The notes beneath the pieces were generated by a model, which was given only the letters and a program-made list of their open reading frames with translations, was not told the DNA's origin and did not search any database. From assembly GCF_009914755.1 (NCBI RefSeq), contig NC_060932.1: 64,000 nucleotides of DNA. One strand, given 5' to 3'. This document shows, piece by piece, positions 41,215-54,660 of this stretch. Position 1 is the first letter of the stretch, and every line of letters begins with the position of its first letter. The DNA comes from the human T2T-CHM13v2.0 reference genome, Homo sapiens. The position numbers were made by a program, and so were the translations under genes.

Positions 41215-41380
41215 AACTGTTTTGTGGCTCATTTTTATAAGGCCCAGGAGTAAGAATGGTTTCTACATGTTTAAATGTTTATAAGAAAAACATAAAGAGG
41301 ATATACAATAGAAACCATATGTGGCCCTCAGAAGCTAAAGTATTTTGTCTCTTTACAGTAACAAAATAGCTAAACTATGC
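41215..41380 (-). mobile_element. MER58-type hAT-Charlie fragment
   Basis: TAAGAATGGTTTCTACATGTTTAAATG...ATATGTGGCCC...CTTTACAG. Confidence 0.55.
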
Positions 41381-41704
41381 CTTAGCGAAGAAAATTAAAA
41401 TACTACTTTAACATAAAACTTTACTGCTAAAAGTTTCCTTTTTAGTACTACTTTACAGCACCTCACCAGTTTTGATATGTAAGGTTTTTATTTTCAATTC
41501 AATTAAAAGAAAAGAGATCCTATATGATTCCTGCTTCCACCTATGGGTAACAGAGAGGTATGTTGTTTAATTTCTTAATATTGGTGAATTTTCTACCTAT
41601 CTTTCCTTTATCGATTTCCAGTGTGATTCTGTTGTGGCCATACATATGTATCACATAATCTTGAATATAACAAATGTGTTCAGAGTTAAATTATGGCCTA
41701 CCAC

Positions 41705-41915
41705 AGGAAAACGGTTGAGTAAATGTTTTCTGTTTTACCAAGAAGACCTAAATATTTTAGAATTTGAGGGCCAGGCATAGCTTCTACATAACAATCTTTT
41801 CTGTTTGTTGTTGTGTTGGTTCATTCGTTTTTATAACCATTTTAGCATGTGATAAAAGCATATTGTTTTAGCTCTCAGTTTGTAGAATAGGCAGTGTGCA
41901 AAATCTGGTCATGGT
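41705..41915 (+). mobile_element. MER58-type hAT-Charlie fragment, opposite orientation to the previous one
   Basis: TTTTCTGT...TAAATATTTTAGAATTTGAGGGCCA...AACCATTTTAG. Confidence 0.45.
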
Positions 41916-42628
41916 TTTTCAATCAATCTTGAAAAGGTGTATATTCTGCTACTGTTGAGTGGAAAGCTCTTTTATCTGTAAATTAGGCAAGGCTGGTAAA
42001 TAGTGTTATTCATGTCTTCTTTATACATATTGATTTTCTGTGTACTTGTTCCATCACTTACTAAGAAAATTATTCAAGTCTCCAACTATAGTCACAAGTT
42101 TGTCCAATTTTCTTTTCTGTTTTTTAGTCTTTGATTTACATACTTTGTAGTTCTAATAGTTCATATGCATTTAGGATTTTTCAGACTTTTGATAAATTGA
42201 TGTCTGTAATTACGAAAGCTGCTCTTTACCTCTGGTACAATTTCTTTTTTAATAAACTCTTTTTTTCACTGAAGATGTAAATTACTTAAAATTGACTTAG
42301 TCATTTTTTTCTTCATATTATTGGTACTTTTTTCATTCTTGGGGCATTTTTTTGGCTTTTTTGAGGTATAATTGAAAAATCAAACTATATTAATATAAAG
42401 TATACAAGATGATTTGATATATGTATATATTGTGAAATGACTACCACAATCAGGTTAATTAACACATCTATCACCTCACATAGGTACCTTTTTTACTTTT
42501 ACATTTAGGTTTTTGATAAGAATGCTTAATACTAACTGATTTTACTGTCATTTTAGCTATCTTTTGATTCATAACTTCATGGCACTTATTTTTCTTTCTT
42601 TTTTTTTTAACCAATATCTTCTAATTAA

Positions 42629-42945
42629 TTTTTTTTTCTTTTTTGAGATGGAGTCTCACTCTGTAGTCCAGGATGGAGTGCAGTTGTGTAATCTCAGCTT
42701 ACTGCAAACTTCACCTCCCAGGTTCAAGCGATTCTCCTGCCTCAGCCTCCTGAGTAGCTGGGATCACAGGCATACGCCACCACCTGTGGCTAATTTTTGT
42801 ATTTTTAGTAGAGACAGGGTTTCACCATGTTGGCCAGGCTGGTCTTGAACTCCTAACTTAGGCTGGTCTTGAACTCCTGACCTCAAATGATCTGCCTGCC
42901 TCGGCCTCCCAGAGTGCTAGGATTACAGGGGTGAGCCACTGTGCA
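42629..42945 (-). mobile_element. AluS with an internal 24-bp duplication
   Basis: T tail, GAGATGGAGTCTCACTCTG...GGATTACAGGGGTGAGCCACTG. Confidence 0.9.
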
Positions 42946-43547
42946 GGTGCTAATTTAAATTTTTTGGGTTGACTGAATGTACTTAGTTCTGAGATATATA
43001 CCCAAGTAAATAATTTTTGCTTTTTAAATGGCTGTTAGACTACTTATATTTCAGAAAATAATTAATTATATTAACATACATCCTATTGGCTGTGTTTCCT
43101 GAAAATCCTCAATATATTATCACATATTAATATCTCCAGATATATTATAAATCCCTCAATAAGCGTTACTACTGTCACTGTAGGTAAATTATATTTTAAA
43201 GCATTTAAAAATAAAAATATATGTTTTATATTTATCATCTTTTTGCCATTTTTAGCTTCCTTTATTTTTGTAGTACACAACTCCTGACAATGAGTTCTTT
43301 TAACCTTTGCTTATTTGAATATTTTAAATTTCACCTTAATATTTGAAAAATACATTTACTAGGAAAAGAATTCTAAGTTAACACATTTATTTTTTCATTT
43401 AATACTTTTTATAGTACTTTTAATACTCATCATTCTATTGATGAGAAGATTAAGGTAGTTCTTAAGTTTGTTCTTTGGTACATTTCAGTTGTCTTCAAGT
43501 TTTTATTTTTTATTTTTGTTTCTGAAGTTTGACTAGAATGTGCCTGG

Positions 43548-43560
43548 GTGTGTGTGTGCA

Positions 43561-43595
<35 letters not shown>
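43548..43595. repeat. (TG)n microsatellite, 48 bp of alternating purine-pyrimidine
   Basis: GTGTGTGTGTGCATGCGTGTGTG... Confidence 0.95.
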
Positions 43596-43597
<2 letters not shown>

Positions 43598-43599
43598 TT

Positions 43600-44220
43600 A
43601 GAATTTCTTCTGTATTAGATCCTGTCATCTAATCTGTAAACAGAGATTATTTTATATCTTCCCTTCTTACATGGATGCTTTTATTTCTCTGTATGGACTA
43701 ATTCTGGACTAGAGTCTTATGTGCAACATTGAATAGACATGGTAAGAGTGAGCAACCCCGTCTTATTTCTGATCTTAGGTAGGAAGTATTCACTATTTCC
43801 CCCATTCAGTACAATAATATTTGTGCATTTTTCAAAGATACTTTTTATCAAGTTGAGAAAGTTCCCTTTTATTCCCATTTTGCTGAGCATGATTATTACA
43901 AAAGGGGGTGGATTTTGTCAGATACTTCTGTATCTATTGTGATGATGTAAATTTTGTCCTTTATTTATTAATTTGCTATATTACCTAGATCTTAATACAT
44001 TAAATAATTCTTGCATCAGCGGGATAAATCCAGCTTAGTCATAGTTAATAATCCTTCTAATCTGCTGCTAATTGAATTTGCTAGTATTTTGTTGAGGTTT
44101 TTACATAAATATTTATAAGGGAAGGGGAGTTTGTCTGAGGTTTTCTTTTCTTTTTATGTCTTCATGATTTGGTATCAAGTTATAATGGCTTCATACAAGA
44201 TGTGAAAAATCTTCCTTGTA
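43600..44220 (-). mobile_element. L1M ORF2 fragment
   Basis: TTGAATAGACATGGTAAGAGTGAGCAACCC, TCAAGTTGAGAAAGTTCCC. Confidence 0.7.
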
Positions 44221-44419
44221 TTGTTTATATATTTAAATTTTTTGTATATTTTGCCGTTTTGACCTTAATAAATAAAATTTCTCTGGCTGAGGAGAGACTG
44301 CCTCACCCAGAGCTGGCAAATTCTTAGATATAGCAAAAGGTTCAGCTGGGAGCATACCTCTGACAGGCAAACTAACAATAAACTTTCTCTGTTTGGCCCC
44401 TGTATTCCAAAAGACAGTA

Positions 44420-45879
44420 GAGTCATGCATCATTTAATGATAGGGATACTTTCTGAGCAATGCATTGTCAGGCAATTTTGTAATTGTGTAACATCATAAA
44501 GTGTACTTACACAAATGTAGATGGCATAGCCTACTGCACACCTAGACTATATGCTACAGCCCATTGCCCCTAGGCTACAAACCTATACAGCATGGTGCTA
44601 CACTGAATACTATAGGCAATTGTAACACAATGGTAAGTATGTGGTATCTACACATAGCTAAGCACAGGAAAGGCACAGTAAAAATACTGTATAAAACATA
44701 AAATAGGCCAAGCATGGTGGCTCCTGCCTGTAATCCCAGCATTTTGGGAGGCCGAGGTGGGTGGATCATTTGAGGTCAGGAGTTTGAGACAAGCCTAGCC
44801 AACATGGTGAAACCCTGCCTCTACTAAAAATACAAAAATTAGCCAGGTGTGGTGGTGGGCGCCTGTAGTCCCAGCTCCTCGGGAGGCTGAGGCAAGAGAA
44901 TTTCTTGAACCCGACAAGTGGAGGTTGCAGTGAGCAGAGATGTTTCCACTACACTACAGCCTGGGCAAAAGAGCAAGACTGCATCTCAAAAAAAAAAAAA
45001 AGATAAAATATAGTACACCTGTATAGGGTACTTAAAATAAATGTAACTTGCAAGACTGGAAGTTGCTCTGGGTGTTAGTGAATGACTGGTAAGTGAATGT
45101 GAAGGCCCAGGACTTTACTGTACACTACTGTAGAATTTATAAACACTTGGGCTACACTAAATTTGTATTAAAAAAACTTCAATAATAATTTAATCTTAGC
45201 ATACTATAAATTTTTTACTTTATAAACTTATTTTTTTTCACTTTTTGACCCTTTTGTAATAACACTTAGCTTATAATACAAACATTTTATAGCTGTATAT
45301 AAATATTTTATTTCCTTATATTCTTATTTTATTTTTACATTTTAAATGTTTTTGTTAAATACTAAAACACAAACACATACATTAGCCTGGGCCTACATAG
45401 GGCCAGGATTATCAATACCATTGTCTTCCACCTCCATATCTTGTCCCAGTGGAAGATTTTCAGGGACAATAACATGCATGGAGTTGTCATCCCTCTGGTA
45501 AAAAATGCCTTCTTCTGGAATACTTCCCTAAGAACCTGCCTGAGGCTGTTTAATCACTAACTTATCTTTTAGGAGTATACTCCAAAACAATGATAAAATG
45601 TATAGTATAATAAAGAAGCAGTAACAGTCATTTATTGTAATCATCAAGTATTAGGTAGTGTACACAATTGTATATGCTAGACTTTCATAAAACTGTCAGC
45701 ACAGAAGTTTTGTTAACACCTGCATCACCACACTTGGGCATGCTTTGCACTACAACTTTAGAATGGCTACAACATCACGAGGCAACAGGAATGGTTTCAG
45801 GGCCATTATAATCTTATAAAACCACCATGATATGTGCAGTCCATTGTTGATCTAAATGTCATTATGCGCCTCATGACTA
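44420..45879 (+). mobile_element. Tigger3b (Tc1/mariner-Tigger DNA transposon), interrupted by an Alu
   Basis: TA|GAGTCATGCATC...GGGATACTTTCTGAG...CTAGGCTACAAACCT...ATTATGCGCCTCATGACTA|TA; terminal inverted repeats and TA TSD. Confidence 0.88.
44706..45000 (+). mobile_element. AluS inside Tigger3b
   Basis: Full dimer with A tail; TSD AAAA(C/G)ATAAAATA. Confidence 0.93.
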
Positions 45880-46493
45880 TATTCCTCTGTATTAACCATT
45901 TTAGGGGCAATGTAACTATTTTCAAATGATAGTTTATCCCCTTTTAATATTAAATTTATTGTAAGACTTTTAGTTGTAGCTTCTTTGTGTTATAAAATTT
46001 GCATAAATTTGGGCAATAAGAAATAGCAAATTCCATTAATAATAGATATGCTATCAAAATATCACCCAAGTGCAGTTTGACTCTGAATATAAAAACTGCA
46101 AAAAAGAATTGTCAGCAGCATTTTAAAAAATATGTCAAGTTTGATGAAGCCTACTGCAGGCAATTCATCAGCTCTTATCAAAGAAAACAAATATTTAATG
46201 AGACAGTAGCACCTCAAGCAAATGTGAACATTCTTTGAGATTGCTTGATTGAATGAATCATTCAAATTATATTTCACACTCATGTCCTCAAATTCATAAA
46301 CCCCATCTCTTTGTAGCAGAGCTAAAAGTAACTGACATTAACAATCTATGCTAAATGTTTCATATTTACCTGAGCTTTCAAAATGAAATGGAACATTTTA
46401 AAAGTCTACTTAAAGCAACAAGTTTGCTCTGCACTATTAATTTTACAGATGTTCACCTGCTTCCATGGAGAATAATATTCTGATAATGTGTAT

Positions 46494-46791
46494 ATATATA
46501 TGTATATTTCTGAGACAGAGTCTTGTCCTGTTGCCCAGGCTGGAGTGCAATGGTGCAATATCAGCTCACTGCAACCCCCGCCTCTCGGGTTCAAACAATT
46601 CTCCTGCCTCCGCCTCCTGAGTAGCTGGGATTACAGGTGCGCACCACCACGCCCAGCTAATTTTGGTATTCTTAGTATAGACAGGGTTTCACCATGTTGG
46701 CCAGGCTGGTCTCTATCTTCTGACCTTATGATCCACCCACTTCAGCCTCCCAAAGTGCTGGGATTACAGGCATGAGCCACCATGCCTGGTC
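46494..46791 (-). mobile_element. AluSg/Sc-like element with tail converted to (TA)n
   Basis: GAGACAGAGTCTTG...TGACCTTATGATCC...CATGCCTGGTC; TSD-like CTGATAA(T/G)GT(G/A)TAT. Confidence 0.88.
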
Positions 46792-47302
46792 CTGATAAGG
46801 TATATCTTTATGCAGCTTCTAAGTGGAGTACTGCGGATTGCTTTAAAAATTGGCAGAGAAAAAAATTATTGGGTGATATCTGCAATGTATGTATGTAGAT
46901 TCAAGCAATTTTCCAGTCATCTCTTTATCTGAGGAAAGGGGCATCCACTATAGAGAATATTTATATAAATTAAGCAGTCTTGTTTTTATTATAAAAATTT
47001 ATTCTAAAATTCTTAGGGAAACATTTATGTGAAAGGATATGAGAATGATCATTTAATATTGTAGATGTGAGTTATTTTGTGTACATGTAAAACTATTATC
47101 TCTTTAGCATCATTTCCATGATTTAGATGTATCTCATATTTATTCTAGTGAAGATAATCAATCTGTTCTAATTGTCTATGAATCTAAACTATTAATAAAT
47201 ACATAAGATGCCCATATTCTAAAATTCACTTCTTCCACCTGACCTAGTCAAACCTATTTTGATTACTAAATTCCTGCCCAATTCAAAGTAGAAAATCATT
47301 TT

Positions 47303-47705
47303 TGCCCATCAATGATAGACTGGATAAAGAAAATGTGCCACATATACACCATGGAATACTATGCAGCCATAAAAAAGAATGAGTTTGTGTCCTTTGCAGG
47401 GACATGGATGAAGCTGGAAATCATCATTCTCAGCAGACTAACACAGGAACAGAAAACCAAACACCATATGTTCTCACTTATAAGTGGGAGTTGAACAATG
47501 AGAACACATGGAAACAGGGAGGGAAACATCACACAGTGGGGCCTGCCAGGGGGCAGTGGGCAAGGGGAGGGATAATATCAGGAGAAAGACTTAATGTAGA
47601 TGATGGGTTGATGGGTGCAGCAAACCACCATGGCACATATATACCTGTGTAACAAACCTGCACATTCTGCACATGTATCCCAGAACTTAAAAGTATAATT
47701 TAAAT
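47303..47705 (+). mobile_element. 5'-truncated L1PA7/8-like 3' end
   Basis: ORF2 C-terminus MIDWIKK...FSLISGS; 3'UTR TAATGTAGATGATGGGTTGATGGGTGCAGCAAACCACCATGGCAC. Confidence 0.88.
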
Positions 47706-49090
47706 ATATATTTATATATTGATGGCACGAAGTCTTCTCCTTAGGCAATTGGTATAGCTACTCAAATTGAGATGGTGTTTCTAATGTCAATTATGAGAAT
47801 ATGTGTATCAATCATATGTAAAGAAAAAGGTTAATTTTCTGTTGCCTCTCCCTCAGCAATAAATTTTTAATATTTTTTCTAGAAATTGTGTTTCTTTGTT
47901 CTATTCATATTTCTATTATTGGATTAAGCATTTGGAATCACACACATACTCAGCTTTGTTACATTACTAAGAAAAAATGACCACTAAAGTTATTTTGCTT
48001 TATTTTTATGTAAGTGTATGTTTTTGTATTGCCATTCCACCAATTTGGCCATGAGCTTTGTAGTCACTAATGTGAAGAGCCATAATTGATGGGTAGTGTC
48101 CACAAGATTATTTTTAATTGCTTGGAAAATTTTCTATTGTTTTTAGTAATTAGGTCAGAGAAAAATATCCCATGATGCTCGTCCTAGAAAAGACACTGGT
48201 GAACAATTAAAAATAATTGTTTATTTTCACACTGGTGAAAAAATAAAATTGCTAGAAACAATTCTGCCATTAAATACAGAGGTGAATTCTTTCAGAGTGG
48301 ATAACTCAGTGGAGAGGAGGCTGAGGGGAGTAGGAGGGAGGCAGCAATTTAATACCAGGTGTCTGTAGATCTTTGTAGAGGTCTGGCTTAATTCCATGGT
48401 ACATTGTAGAGTATCATTATTTTGACTGTACATTTAGGCATGCAAAACTTTTGATAAGCCAAAAGTGGCACTGCCTGTAAGATTTTATTTTGCTGTCTAG
48501 TGACTGGACAGCACATGTGGCATGATGCTCAACACGTGTAGAGCACAGAAATATTCATCTGAGTCAGGCACATGGCTGATTGCTCCTTCCAAAAGTTTTT
48601 TTTTTTTTAAGTATAGCCTACAAAGTCCTAGTCTTGCATACAGAGCACCAACTCTGTCCTTCAGTAGATAAGAAAAAAGCCATGCATAAAACAAATTATT
48701 GTCAAGGAATAATTTCAAGTAATCTTCAATATTCGGATAGATGGGTAATAGTATCTATCAATCTCAACATTAATTATCTATAATTATTATAAATTATTTC
48801 AGAGTAAAAGGCATAGTAATGAAAAGTTATACTAGACGCTTACATACTCATTATTCTGATAAAATATAAATAATTCCCAAAACAGTTAAAGCCCAGTGCC
48901 CTGTCCAATAGCAAGCATTTCCCCTTATGAAAGACAACTACCAACCTGAGTTTGGTGTTTATTATTATAATGCCTTTACTTATCTTTTTCCGACAAATAG
49001 TACACCCTTAATCAAAATATTTTATAGGTGTGCATGCTTTAAATCCTTATGTAAGTGGCGTCATACTGGATATAGAATTTTGAAACTTAC

Positions 49091-49158
49091 ATTTATTTAA
49101 TTTATTTATTTATTCATTTATTTTTTTTTTGAGACAGTCTTGCTCTGTTACCCAGGCT
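49091..49158 (-). mobile_element. Severely 5'-truncated Alu (~28 nt plus ATTT-type tail)
   Basis: (ATTT)n T-run then GAGACAGTCTTGCTCTGTTACCCAGGCT. Confidence 0.75.
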
Positions 49159-50344
49159 ACATATTTGAGATTTTTGAAGTTGATTCTTATAGGTCTAGTT
49201 TATTTATATTCAAAGATGAATAAGTGAAAATTTACATGTATATGAATATATACACACATAATCAAATGACTCAATGCAAATTACCTATAATTTGGAACAC
49301 TTCACAGGTTTTAATTCATTTAATTTCCACAACACTTCTAAGATAGTAACATAAGAGTACCCATATTATGTCTAATTTATAATTGAAGAAAAGTTGTCAG
49401 GAAGTTTATAGTATTTTAATCCACTTTACCTATTTTCCACAAATCATTGTTTTATCTCTACTGGGGAACATTTTTCTAACTATTTGCTATTTTTAAAATG
49501 CTGCTAGTGACATTTCTGCACACCTATTTTTGTGCATTTCTGTGAGGGGTGGAGCATGCAAAGAAGCTGTAAAAGCTACCCAAGCAGATAGACGGTGGTG
49601 GTGATAATTTTGGTTTTAATTGGAATTTTCCTGATTTAATTTGCATAGATGCTACTGACTATTTAATTTTCCTCTTCTTTAAAACAACTTTTCATACCTT
49701 CATGTCTTTTGCAAATTTGTTTTTGCAGCAATCTGTATTTTCATTGAAGTGCTTTTTATTTTTCAAACACTTATATCTTGTTGGAAATATGTGAGGCAAA
49801 TGCTTTTTCTGTTGGTGGCTTATTTGTAAACTTATTTTTGTTTGTTTAATTGACAATATTTTTAATCTCTTATATAGCAATATTTAATAACAATCACTTT
49901 TATGGTTCACAGTTTTTAGTTTTAAGAAATTCTACTTTATAAGATAGAAGATATAAAGATATCATTGCATACTTTCCTCTAAAATGTTATATATTTTTGG
50001 GTTTTATTTAAGGTCTTGGAACTAATTTTTATGAAATGCATTATATTGATATGATTTGTTTTCCTATGGAAACATAGCCAGTTGCCACTCTATCATTTTT
50101 GAGCAGGCTATCCTTTCCCTAGGGATTATTTTTGCCATCTCTATTATATTAACTTCCATATCAATGTGAATTTTTGTGTAGCTCTATTGTTTTACTGGTC
50201 TATTATTCTACCACTTTGAAAGGAGTCTAATTAATATAGTTTTAAAATAGGTCTTGCTATCTCGTAGGTTGAGTTGCCCATTTAATTTGCATTATTTAAG
50301 AGTATCCATACATCCTTCTTTACTATTTTACATACATATATTTT

Positions 50345-50640
50345 TGGATTAGTTTATTACTCACAGTGATAATAACAGCTGTAATGACTCTTCTATTGGT
50401 TCCTTAGGCCCCATTTCCCACAGGTGAGGTGATGAAGGTGAGCAGCTGCCTGCACACACTGTGTGTGTATTTCTGTGTGTGTGTGTGTGCGTGCACACAC
50501 ATAGGGTGTGTTACAAAAGGGATATCTCAAGACCAGGAGACCCTGATCTTATATAAGAGCAGCTGTCAAGCCTGCCCATTCTCTCCTCCAGAGAGAAAGA
50601 CATTGTCTGTGTATCTCTGAAACGTAAGAAACTGATCTAG
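50345..50640 (-). mobile_element. Probable ERVL LTR fragment (MER54/MER74-like) with a TG tract
   Basis: AGTTTATTACTCACAG...CTCCAGAGAGAAAGACATTGTCT. Confidence 0.4.
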
Positions 50641-50981
50641 GGAGAGGAAGAAAGAATCTCTCTATTTCTGTTCTTTGAATTTTTCTGTGGCCCAAATGTG
50701 AACATAAGGTTTGAAACAAAGCAAACCTAGGCTCTAATTACTACTACCTCACAGCTGTTTGACGTAGGCAACTAATATTGTAAATATTAGAAGAGAGGAT
50801 GAGTAAACAATATAAGCTGTGTTCAAAATATGGTTCTGCTGCACATAGGGCATAGGGTAACGTCTAGGTTAATGTCTTCGGCCTCAGCTTCTTCACCTAT
50901 AAAATTAGAATGGTAAGATCTACCTGATGAAAGAGTTCTGATGATTAAATGGTAGAATGTAGGACAATGCCTGAAACATAG

Positions 50982-51341
50982 TGTTTAGTCTGTTCTCAAG
51001 CTGCTGATAAAGACATAATCAAGACTGGGTAATTTATAAAGAAAAAAGGTTTAATGGACTCACAGTTCCACGTGTTTGGGGAGGCCTCACAATCATGGCA
51101 GAAGGTGAAAGGCATGTCTTACATGGTGAGAGACGAAAGAAAATGAGAGCCAAGCAAAAGGGGAAGCTTCTTATGAAACCATCGGATCTTGTGAAACTTA
51201 TTCACTACCACGAGAACACTATGGGGGAAACCATCCCCATGATTCAATTATCTCCCACCAGGTCCCTCCCACAACATGTGGGAATTATGGGAGCTACAAT
51301 TCAAGATGAGATTTAGGTGGGGACACAGCAAAACCATATCA
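50982..51341 (-). mobile_element. THE1C-like MaLR solo LTR inserted in a MIR
   Basis: TGTTTAGTCTGTTCTC...GGGGACACAGCAAAACCATATCA; perfect 5-bp TSD CATAG at 50977-50981 and 51342-51346; MIR CCTCAGCTTCTTCACCTATAAAAT upstream. Confidence 0.92.
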
Positions 51342-52454
51342 CATAGTAAGCACTGTAATAAATGATTTTTTTAAGTAACAGGTAACACACCCAGAAGTCA
51401 TTAAATTATTAATTTGTTTATTTCATCAATAAATATTTATTGAATACACCTGGTGTCATACTACTGCTAAGGACAAAAGACAGTCACAGACTCTGTGCTC
51501 ATAGAACTTACACTGCAGATTAAAATCCCAATTTAATAATTTTCCTGCCCAGATACTGAATCAAGTCCAGCCAAGATAAAGTAAATATATTAAAGGTGGC
51601 AAACGATGGTCATTAGAAGTCAGAAGTCAGTGATGTGAACTACGTATCTTCCACCAAAAGAAGCTCTCTCATATAAAGCAAAATTATGAAGAGCCCTAAG
51701 ATATACCTAAAACTTCAGTCTTAATAGTCATTTTAAAAGATGTATAAAATAAAATTTAAAAAGGTTCCCATATAACTTACCTTTACAATGTAAATGAAAT
51801 ATAGTGTTTAAATCTGTCTTAAAAAATAAAACTAAAAAATAATCTGTCTTAAAAAATAGAACACTAAGAAAATGTCTCCATAAAATATTCTACAATAAAT
51901 GTAAATAAGAACCTATTTTGGTATTATCACTTATAGTTCTAAAATAATATTAGATCTGGACAAAATTTTAATATACATTTTCAAAATTATATCTTCAATT
52001 TCAAACAAAAATCTAATTTGGAAGTAATCACTTCTATTGCCATAGACTTTAAGCATAGATGTGCATTTATTTCATGTGTGAAGGTGACTGAATCCAGCAT
52101 ACACTTGTCACCCAATAGAGAAACAACAGTGTATTGAACTAATTTTATGAGCTTTGCAATAAACTTAACAGTTACATTCAGTGGTATTACTTACTTTTAT
52201 TTTGTTATAAATTGAACACAGCATTTTCATAAATTTTTTATTGTTTTTGTTTATTATTATATATATGGCAGGCCCAACTCCTAGCTTGCTCATATAAATG
52301 CTGGTGTGCAAACTTTCTAGTGACAAGTAATAAACAGTATTGCCAATAAAAAGTTATAACATTTTGAGAATTATCTAACTTTATATTAGTTAAATGATTG
52401 TTAGTTAAATTTTGTACACTTACATGTTTGTATATATCATTAAGATTTTTTTCA

Positions 52455-54660
52455 CAACAAACTTATTGAGGTATAATCTAAATAATATATAATTTACCTC
52501 TGTAAAATGTAAACAACAGTGAATTTTAGTATAGTTACGAAGTTGTGCAACCATCACCACCATCAAAATCCAGAATATTTCATCATCACAGAAAGAAACC
52601 CCAGACCCATTAGCAGACACTCCTAATTTACCCATTTCCCTAATCCCTGACAAACACTAACCTACTCTTTGTTTCTGTGAATTTGACTATCTGGACATTT
52701 TATATAAATGGACAATTTGACTATCTGGACATTTTATATACATGGAACCATACAAGCTATGCTCTTCAGTGACTCACTTCTTTCAATTAGAATAATGTTT
52801 CCAAGGTTCATCCATGTTGTGTCACACATCAATACTTCATTCTTTGTTTGGTTAAGTAATATCCCATTATACAGATATAAGATATTTCATTTATCCATTC
52901 ATCAATTGACAGATATTTGGGTTGTATCCATCTTTTGGCTATTTGGAAAAACTTATCCAATGAACATTGATTTACAAATGTTTGCATGGACATATATTTC
53001 TAATTTTCTTGAGTGAATAGCTAGGAGAGATATTGCTGGGTCACTAACTCTACATTTAGTTTTTGAGAAACTACAAGGTTGCTTTGCACAGTGTCTCAGT
53101 CATTTTATGTTTCCAACAACAGTATGTGGGACTTCCAATGTCTCCACCTCCTTGCCCATAATTTTATTATGTCTTTTCAGTTTGTCTAGTTGGTATCATT
53201 TGTCATCTGTGATTTTGATGTTGCATCTCTTACAATAAGATAAATTATATATTTGGAATTAATTTTAAGGTATAATCTGAGAAAAGCCTCCAAACATTAT
53301 TTTGCTACAGACATCCATTTGTCCTAGCACTATATTTTGAAAAACTTATTCTTTTTCCTTGAATTGTCTTCACATGTCTATCAAAAATCAGTATGCTGTA
53401 AATGTTAAGGCATGTTTCTGGACTGTCAGCACTTTTCCATTAATCTATATATTGGACCTCAAGCTAATACCACACTGTTTTAGTGTATATGTGTAGGAAG
53501 TTTTGAAATTGGAAAGTTTGAGTTCTCTGACATTGTTCTTCTTTTCAAGAAAGTTTTGATGGTTCTGAGTTCCTTGCACACACATATGAATTGCTTGTTA
53601 ATCTCTGAGAGAAAAAAAGCCAGCTGACATTTTGTTAGTGTTTGCCTTGAATCTGTAGATCAGCTGTGAATCATTGCGATTTTAACAATATTAAAACTTA
53701 TGATTCAAAAACATGGGGTTTTTCATATTTAGGTATTATATAATTTCTTACAACAATCTTTTGGGGTTTTGTGCATACAAATCTTACAAATTTTTGTTAA
53801 AATTTTTCCTAAATATTTTATTACTCTGGTGATGCATTATAAATGGAATTGTTATTTTTATTTCATTTTTAAGTATTTTCTTGATAACAGATACAAATAA
53901 AATGAATGTTTATATTGACCATGTATCCTACAACTTCCTTTACTTGTTTATTAACTCTAACCTTTTTTTGTTAAAATAGGTTCCTTGGAAATTTTTATAT
54001 ATGCATTCATGATATTTGTGAGTAAGAATAGCTTTGCTACTTTCTTCTGAATATGGATGACTTTTTTTCCCCTTGCCTGTTAAACCTGACTAAAACCTCC
54101 ACTGAAATGTTAAGTAGGAGTAGAAAGAGCAGATATTTCTGTCTTGTTTCTGATTTTAGAATTTAGTCTTTCAGCACCTTTATTTTAGGGATAGAAACTT
54201 CCTTCTATTCCTAGTTTGTTCAGTGTATTTTATCATGAAAAAATTTTATTTAGTCAAGGGCTTTTTTACATCTATTGAGATGATCATGTTTTTTTTTGTT
54301 GTTTTTTATTCTACTGATATAGTGTATGACATCAATTGATTTTCCTATGCTAAACCAACCTTTACTTCCAGAGATAAATTCCAGTTGATCATATCATGTG
54401 TTGCTATTTTATATATTGCTGGAATCTACTTGCTTGTATTTTATTTAGGATTTTTGTATCTAAACTTATGAAAAAAGTTAGTTTATAGTTTCATTTTGTT
54501 ATGATATATTTATCTGAATTACTAATTCATTTCGATCTCCTTACTTTTATAGCTGTAATCAGATTTTCATTTCTTATTGTCTGTTTTGATAGCTTATAAC
54601 TTTCTATAAATTTGTACAATTCATCTAGGTTATCTATTTTGTTATCAGCATACCACTGTT
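52455..54660 (-). mobile_element. L1MB-like element (3'UTR plus ORF2 part)
   Basis: TTATTGAGGTATAAT...GTTGTGCAACCATCACCAC...AAAGAAACCCCAGACCCATTAGCAG. Confidence 0.8.

Noticed and set aside
41215-41915. Two inverted MER58-like fragments as ends of a composite transposon
   Set aside because: No shared TSD seen; the sequence between them is L1-like; both copies are highly decayed
40559-46775. Alu-derived ORFs (40559, 42564, 44575, 46488)
   Set aside because: Standard Alu translations, not genes
47303-47727. Short inverted match TGCCCATCAAT / ATTGATGGCA flanking the truncated L1PA7
   Set aside because: About 10 bp with a gap; compatible with chance
49289-49308. Antisense U6 snRNA 3'-end similarity (AATTTGGAACACTTCAC)
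   Set aside because: Too short, with mismatches, and runs into MIR-like sequence
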